A DNA stretch of 63,436 bases, the filler included, from Nemertoderma westbladi (Eukaryota > Animalia > Xenacoelomorpha): the NCBI GenBank assembly GCA_032718475.1. It is 4 parts of 4 records of this genome, joined end to end, with 100 filler letters (N's around TTAATTAATTAA, not from the genome) between each part and the next. Parts side by side here need not be neighbours in the genome. Positions count along the whole stretch, not along the records: positions 1 to 27,684 come from JAUCBJ010000261.1; positions 27,785 to 48,494 come from JAUCBJ010004593.1; 2 more parts are not named here. The stretch is one strand, 5' to 3'. Shown piece by piece: positions 24,912-37,537 of the stretch. Numbering within the stretch: position 1 is the first letter of the stretch; each line of letters opens with the position of its first letter. The position numbers and the translations under genes were made by a program. A model generated the notes under the pieces. It was not told the DNA's origin, made no database searches, and saw only the letters and a program-made list of their open reading frames with translations.

Positions 24912-25808
24912 CCCTATCTGGTTAGGTCTATTTTTACTAATTGGCCCTGGGTGGGTTGTCATTTTTGGAATTGTTTTAGATCTTGGCTGAAAAATAACAA
25001 TTTTGTGGTATAAGGGTTTTCGAGGTCGCTGATAACGTTAAAAATATTTTCTGGCATTGCAGCCATCATTTTGTTGCACTATTCTGGTCCCCCAGCGGAG
25101 CGCCCATGGACGAAAAGTACAAGTGAAAAATTTTCAAACTAACGCACGTTGTGTTTGGATGGATAATTCTGAAGCTATAGGGTCGAGGTCGCTGATCACA
25201 ATAGAACTTGTTGAGAATATTTAATGGAAGTGTAAACATTATATTTTTATCAATTTATGCTACCGGTACTTGAATTTTTCGTGCCAAATTGGCAAATGTC
25301 CGAAAATGCCACAATGAATCGGATATGATTATGACCCACGATCAGCATCACGGCAATCCCCTAATGTCATAAAATCAATTTGATTTGTGGTGATTTTTTA
25401 TTATCATATTTGCACTACTTGTTTTTTTTCGTGCCCGGGGGCACATTCAAAATTACTAGAAATTTTCTCGTGTTATATCTGAGTTCTAAAATCGTGATCA
25501 GCATATAAAAAAACCGCCATATATATACCACAAATAAATTAATTTTATCGAGCTATTAAAACTTTTGAAAAACTTTTCGCGCGAAAATTACTGGAGATGA
25601 GTGCCAGAATGGGACAACACGAAAACTAACATAGCTATGTTTTTGGCGTTTGCGCTGGTAGTTAGCCCATTGAATTTTAGGAAAACTCGCGAAATCTGGG
25701 TTTTTCCACGATATGATTACGCTTAACGATTTACGCTGAAAAATACGCTTAAAGATACAGTTGAGTTACAAAAAAATTTCTAAAATGACCACCCCGGCCC
25801 AAATAGGG
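24912..25808. mobile_element. piggyBac-like MITE
   Basis: TTAA|CCCTAT(c/t)TGG ... CCAAATAGGG|TTAA. Confidence 0.8.
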
Positions 25809-26289
25809 TTAAACGACAGGGAATTCTATTTCATTTTTCTCCAAAAACCCATAACCTTGGCCAAAAGTTAGGTTTTTTGGGCTCATACCTAAAAACTAAC
25901 GTTGACCAAAAAGGTATTAATAATTGCTTTGGTTCAATATCCTGGTTAATGGAAAGGAGCAGGTTACAGTGAAATCAATAAACAAGAGTTAACATTACAT
26001 GTTACAATTTAATTTTTGCTGGAAATAAATATATTTATGGTAAGAAATATATTTTCTGTATAAATAAAACTACTGTATTACGCAACACCTAACGCTTATG
26101 ACCCAGGACCTAATTAAGTAACATAGTGACATAAAGGACCCCTTTGTAAATAAGCTACAGCTTTAGGGGTAATCCTACAGTGTATATGTTATGCTGGACA
26201 ATACATATTATAATATTGTTCTTGTTTTTACATAATGTCTGATAAAAATTTCGCAAACTAATTGAAACTATTAAACTAATTAGTAAACT

Positions 26290-26406
26290 GGTAATTCCGG
26301 TAAAATTCCGGCCGGAATTGACCCCATTCCGGCAATTCCGGCCGGAACCGGAATCTGGCAAAAACCGCCGGAATTCCGGCCGGAACGGAATTCCGGGACA
26401 TCCCTA
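26290..26406 (-). mobile_element. Single end of a hAT-like MITE
   Basis: Reverse strand begins TAGGGATGTCCCGGAATTCC with ccggaatt subterminal repeats; partner end not found. Confidence 0.5.
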
Positions 26407-26488
26407 GTCTGTTATTGGTTAATAATTATGATGATAAAATAATATTACTAATAATCTGTCTGCAACACTTTCAACGCATTTATCTCAA

Positions 26489-26870
26489 ACGATCTTCGAC
26501 ATTGCGATTGTTAACGCTGACGCCCCCTCATACGTTAATCGGTCTCTAGACTCCGTCCTCCAGCAGAGGGTTCGCGCTAAGAAGGTCCACTATGGCGCGG
26601 TGTGTGAGGATCGTCGGATCTCCTTCATCCCACTAGTCGGAACCACCGACGGGGTGTGGTGCAAGGAGGCCGAAATCCTTATTCGCCACCTCGCCGAGAC
26701 CTTAGTCTCGCGACGGCAAACATTGAGGGAACGCGGCCTCGCCTGTGTCTTGGGTGGAGTTCGGAGGCGCCTCCAGTTTTCCTTACTCCGTTCCAACTCC
26801 CTCTGTCTGCGCGGTGGTCGTCGGCCGTGGCGGGGTCTTGGATTTGGGGACGGCGCAGGTTTAATGATTT
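26489..26870 (+). pseudogene. 3' fragment of an RLE-type non-LTR retrotransposon (CRE-like endonuclease C-terminus)
   Basis: FDIAIVNADAPSY..K..HY..F.PLV..DG..EA..LA..RLQFSLLRS..CLRG pattern. Confidence 0.75.
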
Positions 26871-27684
26871 GGGGACGGCGCAGGGATCTGACCTACCGGA
26901 TCGGTATTGATCTCCCCACCGCTTGGTGTTGGGCCCTTTAGAGTGGTGCAATTTGTACTTTGTGCTATAAGGCGTTTTATATATACTATATTTGGTATTA
27001 ATATATTTTATCTGAATATTATTATTTGGTAAAAAATTTATCTCAAACAAATTTTTCATTGTTGGCGCCCGTTCTACTGCGACCATCACCAATGGTGGAT
27101 TATTCCTTGTCCTTCCCAATAAATGGCTTTAGTTTACCAAACCGGTATTAAAAGTATATAGGCCTAATTAGTTCAATATTTCAATGAAAATATTATTATA
27201 GGTGGGGGACCTAAGATTGCAAGATTTACTTTACAGTAGGCCTATGAAAAAATAAAGTAGAAAACAATCAATACAGCACTATTGCATGGCCTACTTTTCA
27301 CACTCAATCATCGTGTCTGCACGGTACTTCACATAGCGCCCCATTTGGTGATCTCCATTGAATGTTTGGATTTGACCTAACCAAATTGGTTTACTACGGA
27401 AGATCCGCAGTGGGCATACCTGAGCGGGTGTGGGCCACTCGGAATCCGACGAGGCGGCGCACATATTCACATTTGGCGTATGTACATTTCTTACAGTAGG
27501 GAGCCACTGGGTTAAGAGTTTTTTACGGTATACTTAATATGAGCATAAAGAAGAAAGTGTTGGCGATGTATCTGAAAAATAAATAAATAAACATTGCTCT
27601 TTGTATCTCAAGTTGATTTGGATTAGGACAATGTGATACTTTTAACTCCTGCAATAATTCAGGTGGTTTGATGATACTGCTTAG

Positions 27685-27784
27685 NNNNNNNNNNNNNNNN
27701 NNNNNNNNNNNNNNNNNNNNNNNNNNNNTTAATTAATTAANNNNNNNNNNNNNNNNNNNNNNNNNNNNNNNNNNNNNNNNNNNN
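27685..27784. other. Assembly gap with artificial linker
   Basis: N run containing TTAATTAATTAA. Confidence 0.99.
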
Positions 27785-27894
27785 CGACAACGTCGCCTGT
27801 AACCACAGTCAGCTTTGAAGGAACTGCCGATTTCCCAGTTTTATTTAGGGCTGAGTTTATTATATTATAGTATATAGTATATATATTATAGTTT

Positions 27895-28930
27895 ATTAAA
27901 CACTAAGTTTGGCGATTATTATTTGAATATTTTTCAAACTGAGTTTTATAATAGTTTTTCTCTGCTTCCCGAAGAACGGAGGTTAAAATATTTCGGTACC
28001 TTTTAAAAGCTAGTTCGTTTATTGAAGTGAGATTTTTAATGTAAGTGCGGTAAAGATCATTTTTTATTATTGTTCTTTTAACTAGGTTAGGAGTCATCCA
28101 AGGATTCGTTCTTTGGGCTTAAGTATTTTTGGGTGGCATGTTTCAGACAGACCTTCTCCAAATCAGTATAAAATTGGTCTAGTTTACAGTTATTTGGAAT
28201 GGATGGAACAGTATACGTCCACGTATCCAGGCAGTTTAGATCATGAAGAAAATTATCACAATTGAATTTTGAATAATCAAAAAAAGTTGTCGTTTTGGAA
28301 CTTTTAGAATAGTTGTGATAATTTTGAAAAGTGATGAACGTAGCCTGATGATCTGATGTGCCAACTTTAGTAAAAAAGGTACCGGAATAATGAGAAACCG
28401 AAAAAGTTATATTTGTAAAAATATGAATATAATATTTTTGTTGCTTTTAATAAATCTACATTAAAATCCCCTGTTAAAATTATATCACAATTTGATTTAT
28501 CTGTAATCGTTTTTTCAAGTTTGGTAAGGAAATATGGTAGCTCAACTGAATTTGGACGAAAGATTGTGCCTATTACAAGCGTCCTCTTGTTGGGTCGATG
28601 TAGTTGAACCCATGAATTTTCAAAACCCTCAATCCTTAGCTCAGGTTTAATGTCAAAATTAGTAGATTCTTCGAAATAAATTGCAGCGCCGCCCTTTGGA
28701 GTTTTTTCTCACAAATTTTCATTGTTTTTGGCAGAACCCGGCAATCATAAAACAGACCGTCATAACCATTAATTCTCAGTAAATCAGTGGGAAGACACAC
28801 CGTCTTTGGATAAAAATGTTTCCGTAAAAGTGAGTACTTCGAAAGTATGATTCAGTGAAGATAAATAATCTGTAATAGCTGTAAAAATTTTTGGCAAGCA
28901 ACGACATTTTAAATGAAAAACCGACATTGT
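27895..28930 (-). pseudogene. LINE ORF2 N-terminal part (APE endonuclease and linker), CR1/L2-type, degraded
   Basis: LTFTETFL, GGAAIYF, IGTIFRP, ILTGDFNVDLL, SDH, PWMT..YRNILTSVLREAEKNYY. Confidence 0.8.
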
Positions 28931-29035
28931 TACAGAGGGGGAATTCTCAAAATTAGAATTAAATTGATTTTCAGTGACAGTACCTTGGACAAATAAGGAG
29001 GTATACCGGTAACTATCCTAAGATTTGATGAACTG

Positions 29036-30099
29036 ATGTTTGGAATGAGAGCAGGCAAAAAGAAATTGGTGCCCCAAGTCGCTGATGAGTTTACACCCGA
29101 TTACGGCAATATATTACCTGGAACCTGGTATGATTATGAACAACGAAGTGCTATGGAATTATACCGGGTGTATAAGCAGTTTGAGAAGATGCTGAGGGAG
29201 TATGATCAGGACTTGGTCGGCTCTGTGGGACCAACCCCAACCTGGTATGATCTGATTTCACAGACTAATATGATAGATGATCATATGTTGAAGGGATATA
29301 ATCAATGCACCAAGAAATGAAGTGTCAGTGAATGAATATATGAATCTGCTCTTGATAGGGAGACCTGCCGACCTTGGCAGGGTCATTGCAGAGTAACTGA
29401 GGGCAGCATCGATGCCAGAGTTGATGTTCTATCTGTCTGCGAATTTTAGTTATTTGTATGCACCACCGTTTGTGGACCATCCTGAATCACAAGATAGCAT
29501 ACGTTTTCTACAGAAGGTGAAATCAACACGGCGTGCATTAGAAGTTATTTTCAGAAGATGTTTGTTAGAGACATTCCATCAAGGGTAATCAGTTGGTTGA
29601 GTGACTACATAGTAATCTGGGTTTGTCATGCTACTTTCAAAACCGATGAGAATATTCTACCATTCTGGGGAGAGATAGTAGAGTTGAAGGATTCCAAGGC
29701 TATTGAGAATAGTTGGATGCCGACTCAGGATATCTTAGATGCTTGGATTGAGACTGAAGCAGCTCTAGAGAACTATCTCTTGAACTATGAGAAAACTATG
29801 TTCTATGACAACAAAGGAGGTAGTCATAGTTCCAGTACAACCACGAGTATACGGATGGTGCAGCCGATTGTAAGTCTCAGTATTCATGAGGGAGGACTCG
29901 AGCCAATTGGAAACGTGAGATGAAAGAAGTCCATAGCTTTTCAGGATAGCTTTCGGATAAATGTTAGGTACTCTGGACCTAATGGAGTACTGTAAAGCAG
30001 CTAGCTCTACCGGTACATCATATACAATCATACAGACTACAGATCAATCTAATCCTATCCAATTAACTAAAGACTATGGATTTGTAAATCAAATATGAT
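29036..30099 (+). pseudogene. Degraded intronless ORF of unrecognised origin
   Basis: Chain of long same-strand open segments (29036-29320, about 29372-29590, 29558-29923, about 29960-30099) joined by stops and frameshifts. Confidence 0.45.
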
Positions 30100-30323
30100 A
30101 ATCAATAATCCTGACGATGGCGCCAAAAACAGACAGCAATTTTGACTGTCTGGAGACTCTGTTACAAAAGCTCTCTGCAGATGTATTATCAATTATACTG
30201 TATTATGTAATTTCAATTATTTTATATTTTAGTGAGAACGTACCCTTGTCACCGCATTAATCATAATAAACTAGTTTCGGAATCAGAGACCAATTAAGGT
30301 GAAAGAAAAAAATATAGATTTAC

Positions 30324-30362
30324 TGAGTAATATTTCAGCCGACCAGGCCATTATCAAACTCA
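30324..30362 (-). ncRNA. Minimal type-I hammerhead ribozyme, U3-A8 core variant
   Basis: UGAGU-UUGAUAA-U-GGCC uggUc GGCU-GAAA UA UU-ACUCA. Confidence 0.55.
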
Positions 30363-30461
30363 ATTCAGAATATATCACACAACAGAGAAGCACATATTAG
30401 ATGAGCACATTTTAGAAAAAAATATGACATGTGCTTCTCTGTTGTGTGACATATTCTGAAT

Positions 30462-30499
30462 TGAGTTTGATAAAGGCCTCTTGGCTGAAATATTACTAA
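30462..30499 (+). ncRNA. Minimal type-I hammerhead ribozyme, U3-A8 core variant (one mismatch in stem I)
   Basis: UGAGU-UUGAUAA-A-GGCC ucuu GGCU-GAAA UA UU-ACUAA. Confidence 0.5.
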
Positions 30500-30615
30500 G
30501 TAAATCTATATTTTTTCTGTCCTCTTAATTGGTCTCTGATTCCGAAACTAGTTAATTATTTTATATAAATTTTTATATGCCTGTTTATTCATTAATTTTA
30601 ATTACTATAACAAAC

Positions 30616-31290
30616 CTGTTTCTGTACCAATCTGTATCTCAAATTGTAAACTCTCATTATAGATTGACTCCATCTGAACGTCTGGTACATAACAACTGTA
30701 ATATTGAGCATTGGCAATGTATCCTTTAAAGGCAGTTCCATCAGTTTCTCGTCTTCCTATCAACAGAGTGTTCTTAGTATCTACTGTACTTCGAGCTGTT
30801 GATGGTGTATCAAACTCCATCTTCTGATGATCAACATTTCCTACTTTCTGACTGTAGAACATCACCTTTTTATCAACTGCATTGACTCCAACAGCCACCA
30901 AATACCATTCATTAACAGTTATTGCATTTTCCATTATAAGTAATTGTGAAATCGAATTTTCAGGATTAAACATTAAGTTTGTTGCTGAGGGAAATAACCA
31001 GAAATGGGAACCATGGGCTGTGGGATTTCCATATTCAAATATCGGACCAGGTTGATTTACCATAAGCTTCACAAATGCTACCATAGTAAATGTTTCAGTT
31101 AGTAATTCTCTACCATGTTGAACTGAAACATACCCAATGTGGAAATTCATTGCCTGGTTATCGATACCTGCTGGTCCTGGACCAAATGATGGGTTTGCTT
31201 TCATAGTGCCATTTTGTTTACCCAGTTTGTCATTCGCACCATACTCTATGTTTAATCGCCAGTGAGCTGATGAAGGTGGACAAATAAATG
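30616..31290 (-). CDS. Exon encoding a LamG/pentraxin-like (concanavalin A fold) domain of a modular extracellular protein
   Basis: AHWRLN..GANDKLG..G, TFTMVAFVK, GPIFEY, NEWYLVAV, LLIGRR..FKGYIAN.Q.Y; acceptor TGCAG at 31291; phase-1 donor at 30615 (alternative 30627). Confidence 0.8.
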
Positions 31291-31432
31291 CTGCAAATAT
31301 AAAAGATATAATGAAACACAATGTTGTAATTTTTACTTGGCGGTTTTTCTAGGAGATACTTGTTAAACTTAACAAAATTTCGTACCCGCCGAAAAAAACA
31401 AGTTTGACATTTTTAACTTATTTTATATGAAT

Positions 31433-32017
31433 TGTTAGCGGATCCAATTCGCTGCACCACCCAGCGGAAAATGGGGAAAGTGGCGATTTACCAATTACGT
31501 TCGGCTATGTGATATTAGCAATATAATATCACATGGCGACACACCCTGGCAATACACATTGCCAGCCTGCGGGAGAGATGCCAGCTCACCTCAGAGCAGA
31601 TGCTAGCATATTGGCCCAGGAAAGATAGATCAGCCAATGGTGGGGCAAATTACCATCAATTAAGCGCGCATTCATTGGCTAGGTCAAAGTAGCTAGGAGT
31701 TTACCGCGTGTAATTATAATATAACCGTTACTCATATTAATTGTGCCTTTAGTTGGCTATTTAGAGGTGTAGAAGTTACACGGTTTTTAACCGTCGTCGT
31801 CGTCATTGACCGTGCTATTATTGTAAACTGATTGTGCTATATTAATATTCTGACATTACCAACAACTGTAACTATAAAACTCAGTTATTTATTCGGCCTT
31901 CTCAGAATTACAACAGCCTCTCAGAGCTAAGCGGACGTGGTGACGCGTATATCCATAAGACTCGAACACATACACACACAGACCCGTCGGGATCCTCGCA
32001 ACTCAGATCCCGTCACA
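31433..32017 (+). mobile_element. Solo LTR, 585 bp, with 5-bp TSD
   Basis: TGTT...CACA ends; TSD tgaat at 31428-32 and 32018-22; CCAAT and TATA motifs. Confidence 0.9.
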
Positions 32018-32584
32018 TGAATTCCATCTAATAACGACAACTAAAAAAACCAGTGTAAATAAAAAATGATAGATGTTACAAATCATATTACATGAAATGT
32101 AATTTTCAAAAAAACGTCTCAATAAAAAGTCAGAAGTAGGGTTAAAAGATGGTGCTATAACTCGAAAACTTCCCAATATTATTAAAAACCGTTTTCACTA
32201 TTATGGAGACAATAATAATTTTAGGAAAAGTCAAAAAATTTCAGATTCCCAACTGCGTTTGTTTCAGAGTTGTGGATATGAGATTCCTCAGGAAATTATT
32301 GTAGCTATCACGATGTTTCTACTTATACTCCCTCAAGATATAAATGAATTATCCCAGAATTTGTTATGATCATTTTAGCAAAAGGAACAATATGTAACAT
32401 ACACAAATCTGATAGAACAATTTTTTGCCTATATTTTTGGCCTACATAACATGTTAATCAATGCTCCTAAAATTTTCCAGCTTTAATTTCCAAGTGGTCC
32501 CTAATAAACATTTGTGCAAACTACACAGACAGTCCACAATATAATTATAAAATATAAAATACTCATAAACAAAACATTACATAC

Positions 32585-32761
32585 TATAAAATGCCATTAT
32601 GTCAACTTTGCACAGGTTTAGCTTTTCCATGCCTTCACAACCACCACCCCATCTCTTTTTCACACACAACTTCACTAAGATGTCTTTCCCAGTTTCTTCA
32701 GGCGGTATATGACTGGGGCATAGGCTCTTATCATTAGGCCAATCCGTCCATTCACCATCAC
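32585..32761 (-). CDS. Exon encoding a divergent TSP1-like module
   Basis: GDGEWTDW..C..C..GGGCEG..C; AG/GT bounded, 177 nt, phase 1-1. Confidence 0.7.
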
Positions 32762-34099
32762 CTACAAAAGTAATCATAATAGATAGTTCTAAATTAGGAA
32801 AACTCTAGTAAATCACTAAAATACTGGGAAAACTTAAGGCTAATCTGCATGCTGATTGGTTACTGTTCTGTGGATGATTTTAAGAAATTACAAAAAAAAT
32901 TAAAAGATTTAGAAATGTACATCAAAGAACCATAAAAGTATTGCAGAGTACAATTATATGTGATATTAGTTAATAAATACCCATAGCTGAATGTATCTTC
33001 TGTGGATGTCATGTGAACATAGAAAATTGATATTATTGCAAATAATATCATTGTAATACATTCTCTATCTCCATATTGAATTCAGCAATTTTCAAAAATC
33101 GTAATGAGATTGCATGAAATTTGAAACAGAGATAGATTCACCTTCCTCCTCCTAAGTGAGAATGTTATTTTTGTTTTCAACCTTTAGTTAAGGGCGTTAA
33201 AAAAGTTTAAAAAAATCAAACCATATTAGCACTTTCAATTTCATGTTTTTTTCCTGCGCAACACGGATTTTACATATCATCAAGTTAACTATTGGTAGGG
33301 TTTCCCCAAATTTGGTGCAAACAAATCAGTAGTCCAATGACTATATAGTATACACTAACTTAAATATGCACTTCTACATAGTTACCATTTATTTTCCAGT
33401 GCAACATATATAAGTTTAATCAATTAACCGTTTTTATTTTCATTTGGGTGGTACAATATAGGAGGAAGCTGAGTAACGCAAAATCTCAACTAAATCCCAG
33501 TCCATCAGATTTGGCTAAAAACCCATGTTCCCAAAAAGTCAAAATAGTCATATTGTGGTTTTTAAACTAATTTATTTTATTATAGTTCAACAGTTTTTGT
33601 TCTTACATACATTATGATTTAAACTAAAACAAATACAGTAAATAAATTACACCTATAATTAATAAATAATTTATTAATTAATATAGCAATTTTAGACTTT
33701 GAAAAAAAAACCTTTGTTAACATTTGTGGAAATTGTTAAATTTCTTTGTAGTGTAATTTAATATTATTTTGCATTAGTTACATTTAATATATATGGCGCA
33801 ATTTTTTGATACATTTAAAAATTGTAAGCTACTTCTTGTTACCGAGATATAGCAACTAATCTGAGACAGATCAGTGTAAACTGTTTTACGTTCGCAATGA
33901 ATTACAGCTTGATACGCATTTAGTGTTGTTGGCAATCTTATGGACAGCAAAAACCACACAACCACACCACTACTGCATCCATTTCCAATAATTATTCACA
34001 CTCCAAAATACCCACTATATACTAAGTCAAACCCCATTCCTTCATCCAGTAGTATTACTTCATCCAGTAGTGGTTCCATTGAGGGTCCGGAATCAGCCT

Positions 34100-34860
34100 G
34101 TGTTGGTGATAAGGATCTTGAAATTCTCTTAGAAAATTTCTCGCCCAAGAATAAAAATTATTTTCGTAAAATGACAAATAACGAAATTAAGCAATTCCTT
34201 TTTGGAGTACAATCCATTAAGCGCATACTCACAAAATGTGAGCCAACTTATGTCGATGCAGCCTGCAAAGGACTCGATGACAGTGATTACGCACTCCTGG
34301 ATGCAGGCATGTTTATTAATGATACCCTTATCAACACGGTCCTAGCCCTGATTGCATGCAGTTGAGTCTAATTTCCAGTATGCTGTACTCCCTACTGAAT
34401 TTGCTTATAAAATATCGCACCCCCATGTGACATGTATTAGTAGGCCTACGGTTTGCGGCCACAAGATATATAAGGCCAGATAATGAAACCTTACTGACTC
34501 CTGAATGTACTGGTACACATTTCTTGTTACATGTTGCCAAATTAAAGGACCACGAGATCACACATTCTGCTCTTTAGGCCAAGCTAAGCACACTCAAACC
34601 ACACGTGAACTCTGTAGAGTGTTAAATACCATGGATTTTTGCTCCCCAACATCAGTTTTACATTCATGTACTTCAAACACTGATCCATGGAAACCAATCT
34701 ACATGCCAAACAGATCTATTATGACTATCCAACTGAATGACACAGACTGTGGGGTCTTTGCTTGTCTTTATGCCTTTCTACTGGCATTTCCCAACAGACT
34801 CACACCAGATATAATCCAGACAGTGGCGATCAAGAGCAGGAGAATAATAAACCCAATGGG
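34100..34860 (+). pseudogene. Ulp1/SENP-like (C48) cysteine protease relic, probably transposon-borne
   Basis: LDDSDYALL..GMFINDTLIN; GTHFLL (His); QLNDTDCGVFAC (oxyanion Gln and catalytic Cys); frameshifts and stops. Confidence 0.75.
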
Positions 34861-36487
34861 TCAATGTGCTGGGGAGTTCAAGTCTGCTGATTTGAGCTCC
34901 AAACAACCACGTTTATTCAAGGGGACCATGGCAACAGCACCAATCATGCAGGGCCAGAGGTCGCTCTCACTGACATTTCATACGTTCACCAGTTAACAAG
35001 GAGTGAAGCCTTGTATATTATAACTGGCAATACACACGACACTAATGCTTCAACTCGAGGCAGAATATTTGATGAGTTGACGAATCTTATAACACCGGAA
35101 CAGAGCCTCACGCTGCAGTTGTAACCCCGTACATATCACTGCAATAGTGATATGGTAGTACTAGCGATTTATAAATAAGTAATTTTGACTTTGGTGTTAA
35201 TTGTCCTCTAATTTGTCTTATTATTGATGTTGCAGAGCTCATTTTTTTAACTGTGTTATTTATTTGCTTTTCCATGAAATTTCCCTATCAATTATTACAA
35301 TTATCAGTTCAATTATATATTTTATTATTATATTTATATTATATTATATTTTATTAATTATATTATATATTATATATTTTATATTTGAGGATTGCTGAAT
35401 GATCTTTGTGTTTAAGGTTAGGTGTAGGGAATCAGTTTCAAGTTAGAGGCGTTAATAATAGGTGTGAGTTAGTTAATAATAGGGCTGAGGTGTCAAGTGC
35501 ATCAGTTCATTCCAATTCCGCCTCCTTCCATTTGGTGCATTAATTGAATTTGTACAACTCAATGCAATGAAGTTTATTTTGTAGGCAGATACGTTAGTGG
35601 TTTACATGACGTAGTACAATTTCAATACAGCAGAAAAGAGAGAGGATTGATGATGGAGCTGGAAGAACATGCATCCAATCAGGTATTATCATATCCTCCT
35701 TATCTAACAGACAGACCTACAGTATAATGGGAGAAGGTACATTGATGATGGATACTAAACTTTTTTCAAATGGACTAAATGTAAAGGAGTGAATAAATGA
35801 CATGTACAGTAAATAAATGGGACTATACGTAATTGAAATTGAATATTTAAGAGGTTGTAATATACTGTAAAATGTTGTTAATTTCTTACACATTAAATCC
35901 AACAATATCAGCTGACTGGAAACGTCGGTCTGTTAGTTCCTTTAAAAATATAACCTGCCATTCATCACCACTAAGTATAAGGGTACATAATTCAAGTTCT
36001 TTGCCAAACTAGTTGTTAACTCACTTAGATTAAAAATAATGCACAAATTACCAATCATACGAAGGTTAGATCCACTGCATGATTTACAGTCAAATAAACA
36101 TAAGTTGGCCATAAAGCGAATAAAGCGTTTACTAGACATCTGTAAATTGTTTGCAAATTTAGTGAATCTGGATTGAACCATTGTACAAGGATGGTTAAAT
36201 GACAATAATTGTTCTACAAAATATCTATGGGCATTATACGGTAGCTTAAAAATTAAACGCACATTAGTATTCCACGCACTATAAATTCTAGAACATATAT
36301 CTGATGATAGATCCCATAAATTACTTCCATACAAGGTAGTAGCATATAAGCACTGTAAGTTACAAAGAGTGTACGGATCAGTGTAATGAAATTCTTGGCG
36401 CAATGAGTTCAGTTTACCTATAAACTGGCTGCGTTCCCTTATTACATCTGAACGCATTGAATTACGGTAGTCAAGAACATGACCTAG

Positions 36488-36777
36488 GTGCACCGCCTCC
36501 TTAACCCATGGAAATGAGATACCTGTAAGCTGGATGTTACCTTGGGGCTCCTTCCAGACAGTACCAAAATTCCTCACATATGGGTGCACTGCCTCCTTAA
36601 CCCACGGAAGTGAGATACCTGTAAGCTGGATGTTACCTTGGGGCTCCTTCCAGACAGTACCAAAATTCCTCACATATGGGTGCACCGCCTCCTTAACCCA
36701 CGGAAGTGAGTTACCTGTAAGCTGGATGTTACCTTGGGGCTCCTTCCAGACAGTACCAAAATTCCTCACATATGGAT
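36488..36777. repeat. 96-bp tandem triplication inside LINE ORF2
   Basis: gtgcac anchors at 36488, 36584 and 36680; 32-aa repeat in the ORF track. Confidence 0.95.
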
Positions 36778-37537
36778 ACCATAAGTTGTAAACCAGCCAT
36801 TAAAGGACAGAGCAGAAAGAGATCGTCTGCATACGCTATAGCTCCAGAATAAAATGCACCTATGTGACAACCAACTTTAGCTTTCCGTGACCGAATCAGA
36901 AGAATATCAAGTACAATGCAGAAAAGTATTGGAGAGGCAACAGAGCCTTGTCTTACCCCATTAGATATATTAAACGAAGAAGAATGTGCACCATCCCATC
37001 GAACACAACAGGACTGGTTAGAATAAATCCACAGAAGGACTCTGAGAAATAATGGGGAGAACCCTTTCTTAATTAACTCTAAAAAGAGTTTACACCATTC
37101 AACCATGTTGAACGCTTTCTTCAGATCGATTTCTTCACAACCGTAGACTGGTGTCGAGTAACGGGAGTAGTTTCAGATGATCTCCGACGCTGGCCAGGTA
37201 CACTGTGTGGTACTCGCCCCTGTCTGGAAACTGAACTGAAGTTCATCAAGAGACAAACGGTCACTCTGCGCGAGTAGCATGACCCAAACAATTTAATAAA
37301 TCAGTGACGACAAGTCAATCGCATGATAATTACTCGAATCGGATAGATCTCCTAGTTTATTCGTTAAAAGAGGGAGAATAGCGCAAATTAATAAGAACTG
37401 AGGTACGAAGCTGTGAATAAGAAACCCGTTAAATAATTTAGCAATGTGCTCATGAAAATCGGTACCTGCTTTAATCATAATTTCAGTTAATTGTAGCTTT
37501 AAGAAAATGGGGCTATGTCCCGATAAATTAGCACCAG

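Larger units (their letters stand above)
30269..30553. repeat. Inverted repeat with about 130-bp arms, Penelope pseudo-LTR-like
   Basis: aactagtttcggaatcagagaccaattaag...gaagcacat mirrored at 30429-30553. Confidence 0.85.

Noticed and set aside
27385-27514. HDV-like ribozyme (ccgcctcgtcgg on the minus strand)
   Set aside because: No P1 partner found upstream; the segment ends in GGG|TTAA, more like a piggyBac-type MITE end
27729-27740. TTAATTAATTAA motif repeated three times in the window
   Set aside because: Always centred in N runs; an artificial scaffold linker
30105-30140. Hammerhead-like CTGACGA..GGCGCC..AAAA
   Set aside because: No GAAA and no stem I or stem III pairing
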